Assembly: GCA_964469335.1 (NCBI GenBank)
Contig: CAYXYK010000002.1
Coordinates: 16,660-80,659 of the forward strand
Reading direction: 5' to 3'
DNA length: 64,000 nucleotides
From: an uncultured Candidatus Saccharibacteria bacterium
GTDB lineage: Bacteria; Patescibacteriota; Minisyncoccia; Phycocordibacterales; UBA6899
How positions within the stretch are numbered: the first letter of the stretch is position 1; every line of letters begins with the position of its first letter. Of this stretch, positions 25,831-35,626 are shown one piece after another. Made by a program: the position numbers and the translations under genes. Under the pieces are notes generated by a model. It saw only the letters and a program-made list of their open reading frames with translations. It was not told the origin of the DNA and made no database searches.

Positions 25831-27534
25831 ATGCGTCGCTTCACTCCCTTTCATTCGAATAAGGACATCGATCCAGATGAAATATTCTTGGACGACAAGA
25901 ACATCCCTGAATTCGACGTACATCAGTTCGAAGGAAGGATCGAGCGTCCGATCCGAGAACGTACGATCATTTTCGTCGCAATGTTCTTTATTGTGATTGG
26001 GCTTGTCTTGGCGGCACGAGCGGGCATCCTCGAAGTGCGTGACGGCAGCATCTATGCGAAGAAGAGTGAGCAGAATAGGCTCGAACATCAGATTCTGTTC
26101 CCTGAGCGCGGGGTCGTCAGTGATCGAAGAGGGGAGCCACTCGCGTGGAATGAGCCGAACCCCGAGGACCTCGGGTTCTCGCTTCGTCGCTATACCGAGG
26201 ATCCCGGCTTCGGAAGCATTCTTGGTTTCCTGCATTACCCCGCGCGGGATAAGTCGGGGGTATATTATCGCAACGACTATGAAGCGGATTCAGGCGTTGA
26301 GTCTTATTACAATGAAGCTCTCAAGGGTAAGTCGGGGCTCCGCATCATCGAAACTGATGCACTCGGGAATGTGGTCTCCTCCAATGTCATCGATCCGCCG
26401 ATTACGGGCGCAAACTTGAAGCTTTCCGTCGACGCCCGGGTGCAGAGTGTGTTCTATAAGACGATCGGCGAGATCGCCGAACAAGAGGACTATCTCGGTG
26501 GTGCGGGAGCGATCATGGATATCACGAACGGAGAACTTCTCGCACTGGTTTCATATCCGACCTATGACCCGAACGTGATGACTGATGGTGAGGATCGGGA
26601 GAAGATCGCCGAGTACAACCAGGACAAGGGGAGTCCATTTCTCAATCGTACTATCGGAGGACTCTTCACTCCGGGATCGATCGTGAAGCCGATGTTCGCC
26701 ATCGGTGCGCTGAACGAAGGGATCATTACTCCGGAGAAGCAAATACTCTCGATCGGCTACCTGACTGTTCCTAATCCGTATTTCCCCGACAAGCCGAGTC
26801 GTTTTAATGACTGGAAGAACCACGGCTGGCTCGATATGCGTTCCGCCATCGCTTGGTCGTCAGATGTTTACTTCTATGAGATTGCCGGCGGATTCGAAGG
26901 CCAAAAAGGCCTCGGAATAAAGAATGTCGAAAAGTACGCGCGGATGTTCGGTTACGGTTCGACGACCGGCATCGATCTCTATGGAGAACTCGCAGGAACG
27001 ATACCGAACCCTGAATGGAAGACAAGGAGTTTCCCCGACGACCCCGCATGGCGTGTCGGTGATACATATTTCACCGGTATCGGTCAGTATGGCATGCAGA
27101 CGACGGTACTTCAGGCGGTGAAGGAAGCATCGATCATCGCGTCAAAAGGTGTCGTGGTTCGTCCGCATCTTTCGCTCGATATCGCCACCACGACCGAAGA
27201 ACTTCCGCTTCCGAAGTCCTATTTCAATGTGATTCAGGAGGGGATGCGTGAAGCAGTCGTCGAAGGAACAGCGAACATTCTCAATATTCCTGAAGTAAAG
27301 ATGGCGGCGAAGACAGGCACGGCAGAGCTTGGTGTGACCAAAGCGAGAGTGAACTCATGGGTCATCGGTTTCTTCCCTTATGAGAAGCCCCGGTATGCGT
27401 TCGCAGTTGTGATGGACAGAGGAGTGAAGGGAAATACCACCAATGCGAGTTATACCGCACGCCAATTGTTCCGCCATCTCGCCTCATCAACTCCCGAATA
27501 TCTAAGGACGGAGAAGTCGGCAACTCCAAACTAG
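25831..27534 (+). CDS. mrdA: Penicillin-binding protein 2 (elongasome transpeptidase).
   Basis: SxxK (GSIVKP), SxN region, KTGTAE; N-terminal TM anchor. Position after mreCD. Confidence 0.85.
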   Translation: MRRFTPFHSNKDIDPDEIFLDDKNIPEFDVHQFEGRIERPIRERTIIFVAMFFIVIGLVLAARAGILEVRDGSIYAKKSEQNRLEHQILFPERGVVSDRRGEPLAWNEPNPEDLGFSLRRYTEDPGFGSILGFLHYPARDKSGVYYRNDYEADSGVESYYNEALKGKSGLRIIETDALGNVVSSNVIDPPITGANLKLSVDARVQSVFYKTIGEIAEQEDYLGGAGAIMDITNGELLALVSYPTYDPNVMTDGEDREKIAEYNQDKGSPFLNRTIGGLFTPGSIVKPMFAIGALNEGIITPEKQILSIGYLTVPNPYFPDKPSRFNDWKNHGWLDMRSAIAWSSDVYFYEIAGGFEGQKGLGIKNVEKYARMFGYGSTTGIDLYGELAGTIPNPEWKTRSFPDDPAWRVGDTYFTGIGQYGMQTTVLQAVKEASIIASKGVVVRPHLSLDIATTTEELPLPKSYFNVIQEGMREAVVEGTANILNIPEVKMAAKTGTAELGVTKARVNSWVIGFFPYEKPRYAFAVVMDRGVKGNTTNASYTARQLFRHLASSTPEYLRTEKSATPN

Positions 27535-27580
27535 CTTTGCCTGGCTTCATATTTTTCGGCTACATGAAATTGTCCTTTTG

Positions 27581-27609
27581 TTGCCCCGCCCCCGCGATTG
27601 TGCTATAGT
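27581..27609 (+). promoter_or_regulatory. Extended -10 promoter TTGCCC-N17-(TGC)TATAGT ending 8 nt before the greA ATG (leaderless or near-leaderless).
   Basis: Read directly from the sequence; no SD before the greA ATG. Confidence 0.45.
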
Positions 27610-27617
27610 GCCGTGTT

Positions 27618-28082
27618 ATGGACACAACAAAGGAGTATTTGAGCAAGGAAAAATTTGAAGAGTTAAAGAGCGAACTTGAATTTCTTACCCATGTTCGTCG
27701 ACGTGAGATCGCAGAGGCACTCGAGGCTGCGAAAGCGCTCGGTGATCTTTCAGAGAACGCAGAGTATCACTCCGCACGCGAACTTCAGGCTTCGGTGGAG
27801 GAGCGTGTGATGGTACTCGAGGAGATCATCAAGAATGCGGTCATCATGACGGCTAAGCACAAGACTGATGCAGTTGGAGTCGGCTCTGTGGTGACCGTGA
27901 AGCGCGGGAAAGAAGAAAAGGTCTTCACGATCGTCGGAAGCGAGGAAGCGGATGTTGCCGCAGGGAAGATATCGAACAAGTCACCGCTCGGTGAAGCGAC
28001 CATCGGAAAGAAGAAAGGCGACAAGTTCACCTACACCACTCCAGGTGGTGAAGTTTCCGGCGAGATTATCGAGATCAAGTAA
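27618..28082 (+). CDS. greA: Transcription elongation factor GreA.
   Basis: KEKFEELKSELEFL... coiled-coil with acidic tip (DLSENAEY), C-terminal FKBP-like domain. Confidence 0.9.
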   Translation: MDTTKEYLSKEKFEELKSELEFLTHVRRREIAEALEAAKALGDLSENAEYHSARELQASVEERVMVLEEIIKNAVIMTAKHKTDAVGVGSVVTVKRGKEEKVFTIVGSEEADVAAGKISNKSPLGEATIGKKKGDKFTYTTPGGEVSGEIIEIK

Positions 28083-28159
28083 TACGGCTTCGAGTATCTT
28101 GTGGAACGTATGGAGTACCCATACTGAATACTCGGTGCTTTATACTGTATACTTTTACC

Positions 28160-29620
28160 ATGGCATCACTTGATGAAATCAGAGAGGAAAGAATAAAGAA
28201 ACTCGCTCAGCTCAAAGAGCAAGGGATGCCTGCTTATCCAAGCAAGGTAAAACGTGACTACTCACTCAAAGATGTGAGAGAGTCTTTTGCCACACTCGAA
28301 GCGAAGAAGCAATCCGTCGCACTTGTCGGACGTGTCATGGCAGTCCGCGGGCAGGGTGCCATCCAGTTCATCGTCTTGAGTGACGGGACCGGAACGTTCC
28401 AGGGCGTGATGAAACGTGACGTGCTCGGAGAGGAGAAAATGCACTTATTTGGTGCAGTCGTCGATATCGGTGATTTCATCGGCATCGAAGGAACACTCTT
28501 CGTTACACAACGAGGGGAGCAGAGTGTGGAGGTCGCTTCGTGGACCATGGCTGCCAAGTCACTGCGTCCGCTTCCTGAGAAGTGGCACGGCCTTCAGGAC
28601 CCTGAAGAGAAACTCCGCCAACGTTACCTCGATATCCTTTTCGATGACGAACTGCGCGACCTTTTCGTCAAACGCTCTAAATTCTGGAATGGTATCCGCT
28701 CATTTCTTCTTGCTGAGGGATTTCTTGAATTTGAAACTCCTGTACTTGAAAATACCACCGGCGGTGCAGATGCTAAGCCGTTCTCGACTCATCACAATGC
28801 GCTCGATATCAATGTCTATCTGCGTATCTCTTGTGGCGAACTGTGGCAAAAGCGCCTCATGGTCGCCGGGTACAACAAAGTCTTTGAGATAGGACGCATC
28901 TTTCGCAATGAAGGCATGAGTGCTGAGCATGCCCAAGACTACACTCAGCTCGAGTTTTACTGGGCGTACGCCAACTACGAAGACGGCATGAAGCTTGTCG
29001 AGCGTATGTATAAGCATGTCGCCAAGGAAGCATTCGGCACCACTAAATTCACCATTCGTGGTTTCGAAGTTGATCTCGACAAAGATTGGGAGCGCTACGA
29101 TTATCGCGAGACCATTCTGAAGTTCACCGATGTGAATATTGATACCGCTCCGCTCTCTGTGATTGAGGCAGCACTCAAGCGACTCAAGGTCGAGTATGAC
29201 AAGAAAGGCTGGAACAAGATCCGAGCTACTGACACGCTGTGGAAGTATTGCCGCAAGAAGCTTGGCGGACCTGGCTTCCTCATCAACGTTCCTGTTGAGA
29301 TGTCACCACTCGCAAAACTTGCTGCGAACGGCAAGGTCGTCGAGCAGTTCCAGCCGATCATCGCCGGCAGTGAAGTAGGTAAGGGTTACAGCGAACTCAA
29401 TGACCCGATCGACCAGGCAGAGCGGTTCCAGGCACAGCAGGATATGCGCGATGCAGGCGACGACGAGGCACAGATGTTCGATCACGAATTTGTTGAGGCA
29501 CTCGAGCATGGCATGCCGCCGACCTGCGGCTTCGGAGTTTCTGAACGCCTATTCGCATTTCTTGCCGATAAACCGATCCGTGAAGCACAGGTATTTCCGT
29601 TGATGAAGCCGAAGCAGTAA
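28160..29620 (+). CDS. lysS: Lysyl-tRNA synthetase, class II.
   Basis: OB-fold N-terminal domain. Class II motifs FRNEG, GMPPTCGFGVS/ERL. Confidence 0.9.
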   Translation: MASLDEIREERIKKLAQLKEQGMPAYPSKVKRDYSLKDVRESFATLEAKKQSVALVGRVMAVRGQGAIQFIVLSDGTGTFQGVMKRDVLGEEKMHLFGAVVDIGDFIGIEGTLFVTQRGEQSVEVASWTMAAKSLRPLPEKWHGLQDPEEKLRQRYLDILFDDELRDLFVKRSKFWNGIRSFLLAEGFLEFETPVLENTTGGADAKPFSTHHNALDINVYLRISCGELWQKRLMVAGYNKVFEIGRIFRNEGMSAEHAQDYTQLEFYWAYANYEDGMKLVERMYKHVAKEAFGTTKFTIRGFEVDLDKDWERYDYRETILKFTDVNIDTAPLSVIEAALKRLKVEYDKKGWNKIRATDTLWKYCRKKLGGPGFLINVPVEMSPLAKLAANGKVVEQFQPIIAGSEVGKGYSELNDPIDQAERFQAQQDMRDAGDDEAQMFDHEFVEALEHGMPPTCGFGVSERLFAFLADKPIREAQVFPLMKPKQ

Positions 29621-29767
29621 TTTGAGCACACTACTCTCGCTTCCTTTAGCGAGTTGAGCCAACATGATGACTATGTCTTCTCGACATCGTCTCAGTCCAG
29701 CGCGTTGCATCGCATCTCAAATATTGCTTCAGAACAATTGGGTGTAAAACAAAATGTAAAAAGAACA

Positions 29768-29791
29768 CCGCGAGCAAGTCGCGGCGTTTTT
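29768..29791. terminator. Bidirectional intrinsic terminator between lysS and the convergent 29815-30201 gene.
   Basis: ccgcga-gcaag-tcgcgg with an A-run upstream and a T-run downstream. Confidence 0.55.
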
Positions 29792-29814
29792 CGTGTTGAG
29801 GTGGATCCGGTACG

Positions 29815-30201
29815 TCATTGACGTTTGCCGATGACCAGGTATCGGTATAGGTGGTCGAGTCGCACTCCGTTGTAAACGACCGGTCCTTTCGAAGTGAAAG
29901 CCTTTCGGGTGACTTTGCCGAGCTCACTCACTTCGAGGGCGGTCCCTTGCTCGTATACCCAAGAGTCGTCTTCGAGCTGTGTGAACTCGATGTAGCGTTT
30001 CACTGCTTTGCGCACGCCGATGATCGTGAGTTGATGCGCAAGCCCCGAGTCCTGCGTGTTGTACGAGACGACGGAAGTGAGCCTGTCGGGCATCGATAGG
30101 GAGGTATTTCCGGTCTTGCTGCAGTTCACGTAGGCAAGGACGATTTCCATGTAACCGTTCCCTTGGAAATCCTTTCCTCCGATCAGGACATATTGTTTCA
30201 T
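29815..30201 (-). CDS. Hypothetical protein (128 aa); weak resemblance to NUMOD4-type homing-endonuclease motifs.
   Basis: Start MKQYVLIGG with SD AAAGGAA upstream. The segment LEVSELGKVTR only loosely resembles the YEVSNLGRVRS motif. Confidence 0.4.
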   Translation of the reverse strand: MKQYVLIGGKDFQGNGYMEIVLAYVNCSKTGNTSLSMPDRLTSVVSYNTQDSGLAHQLTIIGVRKAVKRYIEFTQLEDDSWVYEQGTALEVSELGKVTRKAFTSKGPVVYNGVRLDHLYRYLVIGKRQ

Positions 30202-30344
30202 TGCGATTCCTTTCGCAGCAATGCGTTGTTTCTCTGAAGTGAAACTAACACGCATCAGAATAATGTCAATCATGTGTTGACGTTTGAGAAATACTGTTTC
30301 GCATCAATATTGTGTGGATAACAGGGGTAGGTAAGTGGTTGCAG

Positions 30345-30392
30345 AGTGGGAAGTGGTGGGATAGAATGGTACGCATGTGGGAGAAAGTGGGA
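30345..30392 (+). promoter_or_regulatory. Array of four GTGGGA direct repeats (spacing 10/21/10 bp) upstream of mraZ: putative MraZ operator.
   Basis: GTGGGA at 30346, 30356, 30377 and 30387. MraZ family regulators bind phased GTGGG-type repeats in their own promoter (established for E. coli and Firmicutes). Confidence 0.5.
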
Positions 30393-30603
30393 AATCGCGA
30401 AAGCGATCCTGACCTTCAACATGGGATGGTAAAGGTAGAAAATTTAACCCCTGTATTGTCCGCTTGTGGGAGTGAGACGGTGCGGGGGTTCTACCTTAAA
30501 AACGGGCGATGTGCGATCTAGACAAAGAAACACTGAGTTTGGCGCAGTCTTCACGGTAGAGTGCGCCAAAGTCAGGGCTTCTGATCAGAAACCCTGAATC
30601 ATA

Positions 30604-31038
30604 ATGTTCATAGGCGAATACATACATTCAGTCGACGATAAAAAACGCCTCTCCGTCCCGGCAAAGTTCCGTAAGGATCTAGGGAAGAAGGCGGTGATCA
30701 CACTTGGACTCAACAAGTGTCTTTCGCTTTATCCGACGAAGGAATGGAAGATATTTGCCGAAAAACTGTCGAAGCTCTCGATGGGGAAGTCTGAGGACCG
30801 CGGTTTCTCGCGCGCAATGCTTTCCGGAGCGTTCGAGGTCGATATCGATGCGATAGGTCGTATTCTCATCCCGGAAGCTCTTAAGGGATATGCAGGCCTC
30901 GCCGAGAAGGTCGTTCTGACCGGTGTCTACGATCGCGTCGAACTCTGGGACGAGGCGACATGGAAAGCATACAAGGCAGAGATGGTCTCGAATGCAGATA
31001 CGATGGCAGAGCAGCTCGGAGAGAGAGGTGTGTTTTAG
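30604..31038 (+). CDS. mraZ: Transcriptional regulator MraZ.
   Basis: Duplicated DxxxR motifs (DDKKRLSVP; DAIGRILIP). Confidence 0.9.
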   Translation: MFIGEYIHSVDDKKRLSVPAKFRKDLGKKAVITLGLNKCLSLYPTKEWKIFAEKLSKLSMGKSEDRGFSRAMLSGAFEVDIDAIGRILIPEALKGYAGLAEKVVLTGVYDRVELWDEATWKAYKAEMVSNADTMAEQLGERGVF

Positions 31039-31076
31039 TATGACCTTCATTCCCGGATGGAGGTCATATCGATAGC

Positions 31077-31961
31077 ATGTCTCACGTTTCAGTTCTTTTA
31101 CAAAGTTCACTGGATGCGCTTTTGCTGAAGGAAGGGATGACCGTCCTCGACGGCACCTTCGGCGCAGGAGGCCACAGTACGGCGATTGCCAAGCTTATCG
31201 GGAAGAAGGGGCATCTCATTTCGCTCGATGCAGATAAGACGGTCTTTTCAGAGGAAAAGGTTCAGGAGCTTGAGCGGCTCACGACATTCACACCTATCGT
31301 GGTGAATTTCAAAAATGTCGACGAGGCGCTCAAGCATCTGGAGCTCGATGGTGCGATGTTCGACCTCGGTCTCTCGAGTACACAGCTCGAGGAATCAGGA
31401 AGGGGATTCTCTTTCCAAAAGGACGAACCGCTCCTGATGACGTTCAAGCAGGATCCAAAAGAAGACGATGTGACCGCATTCACCATCGTGAACATCTGGC
31501 GCGAGGACACTCTCGCCACCATCTTCAAGGGGTTCGGTGAAGAGCGGTTCGCGAAACGCATCGCTGCGGCGATTGTGGCAGAGCGTAAAGTTACGCCGAT
31601 TGCAACGACGGGACAGCTCGTCGAAATAATACTTTCGGCAACGCCAAGTTGGTATCATCGGGGCAAATCGCATCCGGCCACGAGGATATTCCAAGCATTG
31701 CGCATGGCCGCGAATGACGAGCTTGGTGCCATCGAGAAAGGTCTCGCCGGTGCCCTCGATCATCTTCGCCCAGGCGCGAGACTCGCAGTCATCAGTTTCC
31801 ACAGCATCGAGGACCGTAAGGTGAAGCACCTCTTCAAAGCGTTCACGGAAGAGGGGAAAGCGAAAGCGATCACCAAGAAGCCGATCATCCCGACAGATGA
31901 GGAGCTTCTCGCAAATCCGCGTTCTCGCAGTGCTAAGCTTCGGGTCATCGAACGTATCTAG
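31077..31961 (+). CDS. rsmH: 16S rRNA (cytosine1402-N4)-methyltransferase RsmH (MraW).
   Basis: HVSVLL...DGTFGAGGHS SAM motif; FQALR; C-terminal conserved block. Confidence 0.9.
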   Translation: MSHVSVLLQSSLDALLLKEGMTVLDGTFGAGGHSTAIAKLIGKKGHLISLDADKTVFSEEKVQELERLTTFTPIVVNFKNVDEALKHLELDGAMFDLGLSSTQLEESGRGFSFQKDEPLLMTFKQDPKEDDVTAFTIVNIWREDTLATIFKGFGEERFAKRIAAAIVAERKVTPIATTGQLVEIILSATPSWYHRGKSHPATRIFQALRMAANDELGAIEKGLAGALDHLRPGARLAVISFHSIEDRKVKHLFKAFTEEGKAKAITKKPIIPTDEELLANPRSRSAKLRVIERI

Positions 31962-32128
31962 TTCTTTTATCGGTTAAAGTTCTTTGTATGAAAAAATTGC
32001 TGGTCACCTATCGGGCTACGATCGACAGGCACGTACCCATCGAAGTGAAGGGTAGTGCGGACAAGAAAAAGCACGCACAGCGCGGTGTACTCACTTTTAT
32101 TCGTGAGCGCATGCGCAGCATTTAATAT

Positions 32129-32464
32129 ATGGTCAAGTCCGTTCTTCTCCAATTCGAAGAACATGACAGACGGATCTTCTGGATCTTTGTCGCTTTTTTC
32201 ATATTTTCACTTTCGCTCTATATCTACTTTCTCGGAGTATCGGTGTTCGCGGTGATCGAACGTAAGGGCGCCGAGCAGCGTTCAGCATCGCTCACTGCAA
32301 ACATCATGTCGCTCGAGTCCCGATACGTTACCATGAGCAAGAAGATCGACCTGGCTCTCGCCCATGAGCGCGGGTTTGTCGAAGTCGCCGCGCCACTCTA
32401 TGTGAACGGCGGGCAGAAGGGTGATACACTCACACTACGCACGTCACGCGACGGTCAGCAGTAG
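32129..32464 (+). CDS. FtsL-like cell division protein (single-pass membrane protein).
   Basis: One TM helix plus a short coiled-coil/periplasmic region. Position between rsmH and ftsI. Confidence 0.5.
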   Translation: MVKSVLLQFEEHDRRIFWIFVAFFIFSLSLYIYFLGVSVFAVIERKGAEQRSASLTANIMSLESRYVTMSKKIDLALAHERGFVEVAAPLYVNGGQKGDTLTLRTSRDGQQ

Positions 32465-32472
32465 ATTTTCAT

Positions 32473-34248
32473 ATGCAACACGATGAACGTAAACGACTAC
32501 GAGTTATCGCCGGAGTGATTCTTTTCATTGGTGCGCTATTCATCGTACGCCTCTACATGCTACAGGTGGTCCACCATGATGATTTTTCCAAAGAGGCCGA
32601 GTCGCAGTACATTGCGACCATGCCCAATCTCTATAATCGCGGCAATATCTACTTCACCCAGAAGGATGGTAAACACGTCGCAGCCGCGTCGGTCGGTTCA
32701 GGCTATGTTGTCGCCATCGTCCCGAAGTCTGTGACCGATCCCAAAGAGTATTATCGCGTGATCTCCGAGATCATCTCCGTTGACCAAGAAGAGTTCATGG
32801 CCTCGGTTGCGAAGAAGGCGGACCCGTACGAAGAGATCGCGACACGAGTACCGGAAGACGAAGCCCTTGCGCTCAAGGCGAAGAAACTCCCAGGAGTACA
32901 GATATTTCGTCAGACCTGGCGGTTCTATCCTGCGGGCTCTTTGGCTGCGCAGACCATCGGTTTCGTAGGGTATAACGGCAACCAGCTCACTGGTCGCTAT
33001 GGGCTCGAGTCTTACTACAACGACACACTCTCTCGCAACTCTGAGAACCTCTATGTGAATTTCTTCGCGGAGTTGTTTTCTAATATCACCGACACGATCT
33101 TCGACCGCGCGGAGGATCAGAGTGGCGACTTGGTGCTGACCATCGAACCGAATGTGCAGGCATACCTTGAGACCGAGCTACAGAATGTCATGAATGAATG
33201 GCATTCGGACGAGACCGGCGGCATCATCATGGACCCGAAGACTGGCGCGATCTACGCGATGGCGGTCAACCCATCCTTCGACCTCAATGCGTACAACAAG
33301 GTGAAGGACATCGGCATGTTCGGCAATCCAAGCATCGAAGACGTCTACGAGATGGGGTCGATCGTGAAACCGATCACTATGGCGGCTGGGCTCGATGCCG
33401 GAGTGATCTCGGAGAGCACTACCTATAACGACACCGGACATCTGACTCTCAACAACAAGACCTTCGGTAACTACGACGGTCGTGGTCGCGGACCGAACAC
33501 GCCGATGCAGAAAGTCCTCAATGACTCACTCAACACCGGAGTTGCATTCGTGGTCGGGAAGCTCGGCAATCAGCGCTTCGCAGACTACCTGCTTAACAGA
33601 TTTCACGTCGGAGAGGAGACAGGTATAGACCTTCCTGGCGAGCGCCAAGGGCTCACATCGAACCTTCAGTCCAAACGTGACATCGAATTCGCCACTGCAT
33701 CATTCGGACAAGGTATCGCCGTCACCCCGATCAATATGATCGCTGCGCTTGCGATACTCGGGAACGGTGGCATCACTGTCTCTCCGCATGTGGTCTCGGA
33801 AATAGACTACAACTCAGGAAAGGTAAAGAAGATCACTCAGGTACCTCCGGAGCAAGCGATCAAGCCGGAGACTTCTGAGCGTATCACTCGCATGCTCGTC
33901 ACCGTTGTCGACAAGGCACTCCTCCAGGGTTCGGTGTCGATACCGGAGTATTCTATCGCAGCGAAGACCGGTACCGCACAGATCGCCCGTTCACCGAAGG
34001 ACGGAGGTGGCTACTACGAGGATCGTTACCTTCATACCTTCTTCGGCTATTTCCCCGCATATGACCCGAAGTTCATCGTCTTCCTCTATACCTATTACCC
34101 AAAGGATGCCACCTTCGCGTCACACACGCTCACCATGCCGTTCATTCGTACCGCGAAATTCCTCCTGCATTACTACAATGTTCCTCCGGACAGAGGCTCG
34201 GGCGTCCCCACACTGACACCTATGCAAGCACCCCTGAAAGCGCAATAA
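32473..34248 (+). CDS. ftsI: Penicillin-binding protein, FtsI/PBP3-like division transpeptidase.
   Basis: N-terminal TM, SxxK (GSIVKP), SxN-like region, KTGTAQ. Position in the dcw cluster. Confidence 0.85.
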   Translation: MQHDERKRLRVIAGVILFIGALFIVRLYMLQVVHHDDFSKEAESQYIATMPNLYNRGNIYFTQKDGKHVAAASVGSGYVVAIVPKSVTDPKEYYRVISEIISVDQEEFMASVAKKADPYEEIATRVPEDEALALKAKKLPGVQIFRQTWRFYPAGSLAAQTIGFVGYNGNQLTGRYGLESYYNDTLSRNSENLYVNFFAELFSNITDTIFDRAEDQSGDLVLTIEPNVQAYLETELQNVMNEWHSDETGGIIMDPKTGAIYAMAVNPSFDLNAYNKVKDIGMFGNPSIEDVYEMGSIVKPITMAAGLDAGVISESTTYNDTGHLTLNNKTFGNYDGRGRGPNTPMQKVLNDSLNTGVAFVVGKLGNQRFADYLLNRFHVGEETGIDLPGERQGLTSNLQSKRDIEFATASFGQGIAVTPINMIAALAILGNGGITVSPHVVSEIDYNSGKVKKITQVPPEQAIKPETSERITRMLVTVVDKALLQGSVSIPEYSIAAKTGTAQIARSPKDGGGYYEDRYLHTFFGYFPAYDPKFIVFLYTYYPKDATFASHTLTMPFIRTAKFLLHYYNVPPDRGSGVPTLTPMQAPLKAQ

Positions 34249-34255
34249 TGATTTC

Positions 34256-35575
34256 ATGAAGCGGTTACTGAAAATTCTCGTTGTCGCCACCCTCTCTTGG
34301 GAAGCCAAGCGCGTCCTGCGTAAACACAAGCCATTCATCATTGCCGTTACCGGTTCGGTGGGGAAGACTTCGACCAAGGACGCGATCTTCGAGGTGATGA
34401 AGGGGACCATCAAGGCGAGAAAGAGTATGAAGAGCTTCAATTCCGAGCTCGGCGTGCCGCTCACCATACTCGGGCTGGAGAACAAATGGTCGAGTGTGTT
34501 CGGCTGGGCATCGAACATCATCCATGGGTTCTTCATGGTCATTTTTCCCTCACGCTATCCGCAACTTCTTGTGCTTGAAGTGGGGGCGGATCATCCTGGG
34601 GATATCAAGCGCATCACCGCATGGCTGACCCCGGATATCACCGTCATCACCCGCATCCCCGATCTTCCCGTTCATGTCGAATACTTCTCGTCACCCGAAG
34701 AGGTAAAAAAGGAGAAATCCGAACTTGTGAAGGCTCTCAAACAGACGGGTGTGTTCATCGCGAACGCAGATGATCCTGCTGTGGTCGGACTCTCATCGCT
34801 CACTCGCGCACATATGATCACCTACGGCTTCGGCGAGACCGCGATGGTGCGTGGCTCGAACCCGGAGATCGATTATCGCGAGCGTGATGACCGTTTGGTG
34901 CCTATCGGCATGAAGTACAACATCGACTATCATGGCAGGGTAGAGGAAGTGAAGCTCTCGGGTATCCTCGGTACCCATGTCGCAGGAGCGACCCTTGCCG
35001 CGGCTGCGGTAGGCATCGCGCGCAACATCCCGCTCGAGAAGATCATCGCGTCACTCGAAGTCCTAGAGACTCCTCGCGGGCGCATGCGCATCCTTCCAGG
35101 GAAGAGCGGCAGCACCATCATCGACGATAGCTATAATTCCTCGCCGGTCGCGCTCAAGGCGGCACTTGAGACACTGAAAGGGGTGAAGGCGAATCATCGC
35201 ATCGCGGTCCTTGGTGATATGCTCGAACTCGGGAAATACTCGAATACCGAACATTGGGATATCGGGAGAGAACTTGGCGCTTGGGTCGACCAGTTGGTCA
35301 CTGTCGGACAACGTGCGCGCGGGATCGCGGAAGGAGCAAAGACTGCAGGTCTGCCGGAAGGGAAGATACGGACGTTCTCGAACTCCGAAGAGGCGGGGAA
35401 GTGGTTGATGCCTGAACTTAAGACCGGTGATGTGGTGCTGGTCAAAGGCTCGCAGGGCTCGGGTGAGAATATGGTGCGCATGGAACGCGCGGTGAAGGAG
35501 ATGATGACGCATCCGGAGGATGCGGATAAGTATCTCGTCCGCCAGGAGAAAGAGTGGTTGAACCAATATAAGTGA
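34256..35575 (+). CDS. murF: UDP-N-acetylmuramoyl-tripeptide--D-alanyl-D-alanine ligase MurF.
   Basis: P-loop VTGSVGKTSTKD and the DDSYNSSP motif typical of MurF. Confidence 0.85.
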   Translation: MKRLLKILVVATLSWEAKRVLRKHKPFIIAVTGSVGKTSTKDAIFEVMKGTIKARKSMKSFNSELGVPLTILGLENKWSSVFGWASNIIHGFFMVIFPSRYPQLLVLEVGADHPGDIKRITAWLTPDITVITRIPDLPVHVEYFSSPEEVKKEKSELVKALKQTGVFIANADDPAVVGLSSLTRAHMITYGFGETAMVRGSNPEIDYRERDDRLVPIGMKYNIDYHGRVEEVKLSGILGTHVAGATLAAAAVGIARNIPLEKIIASLEVLETPRGRMRILPGKSGSTIIDDSYNSSPVALKAALETLKGVKANHRIAVLGDMLELGKYSNTEHWDIGRELGAWVDQLVTVGQRARGIAEGAKTAGLPEGKIRTFSNSEEAGKWLMPELKTGDVVLVKGSQGSGENMVRMERAVKEMMTHPEDADKYLVRQEKEWLNQYK

Positions 35576-35626
35576 AAACGGCCCTATCGCTTTGATAGGG
35601 CCGCTGAGAATGCACTGACCGCGGGG

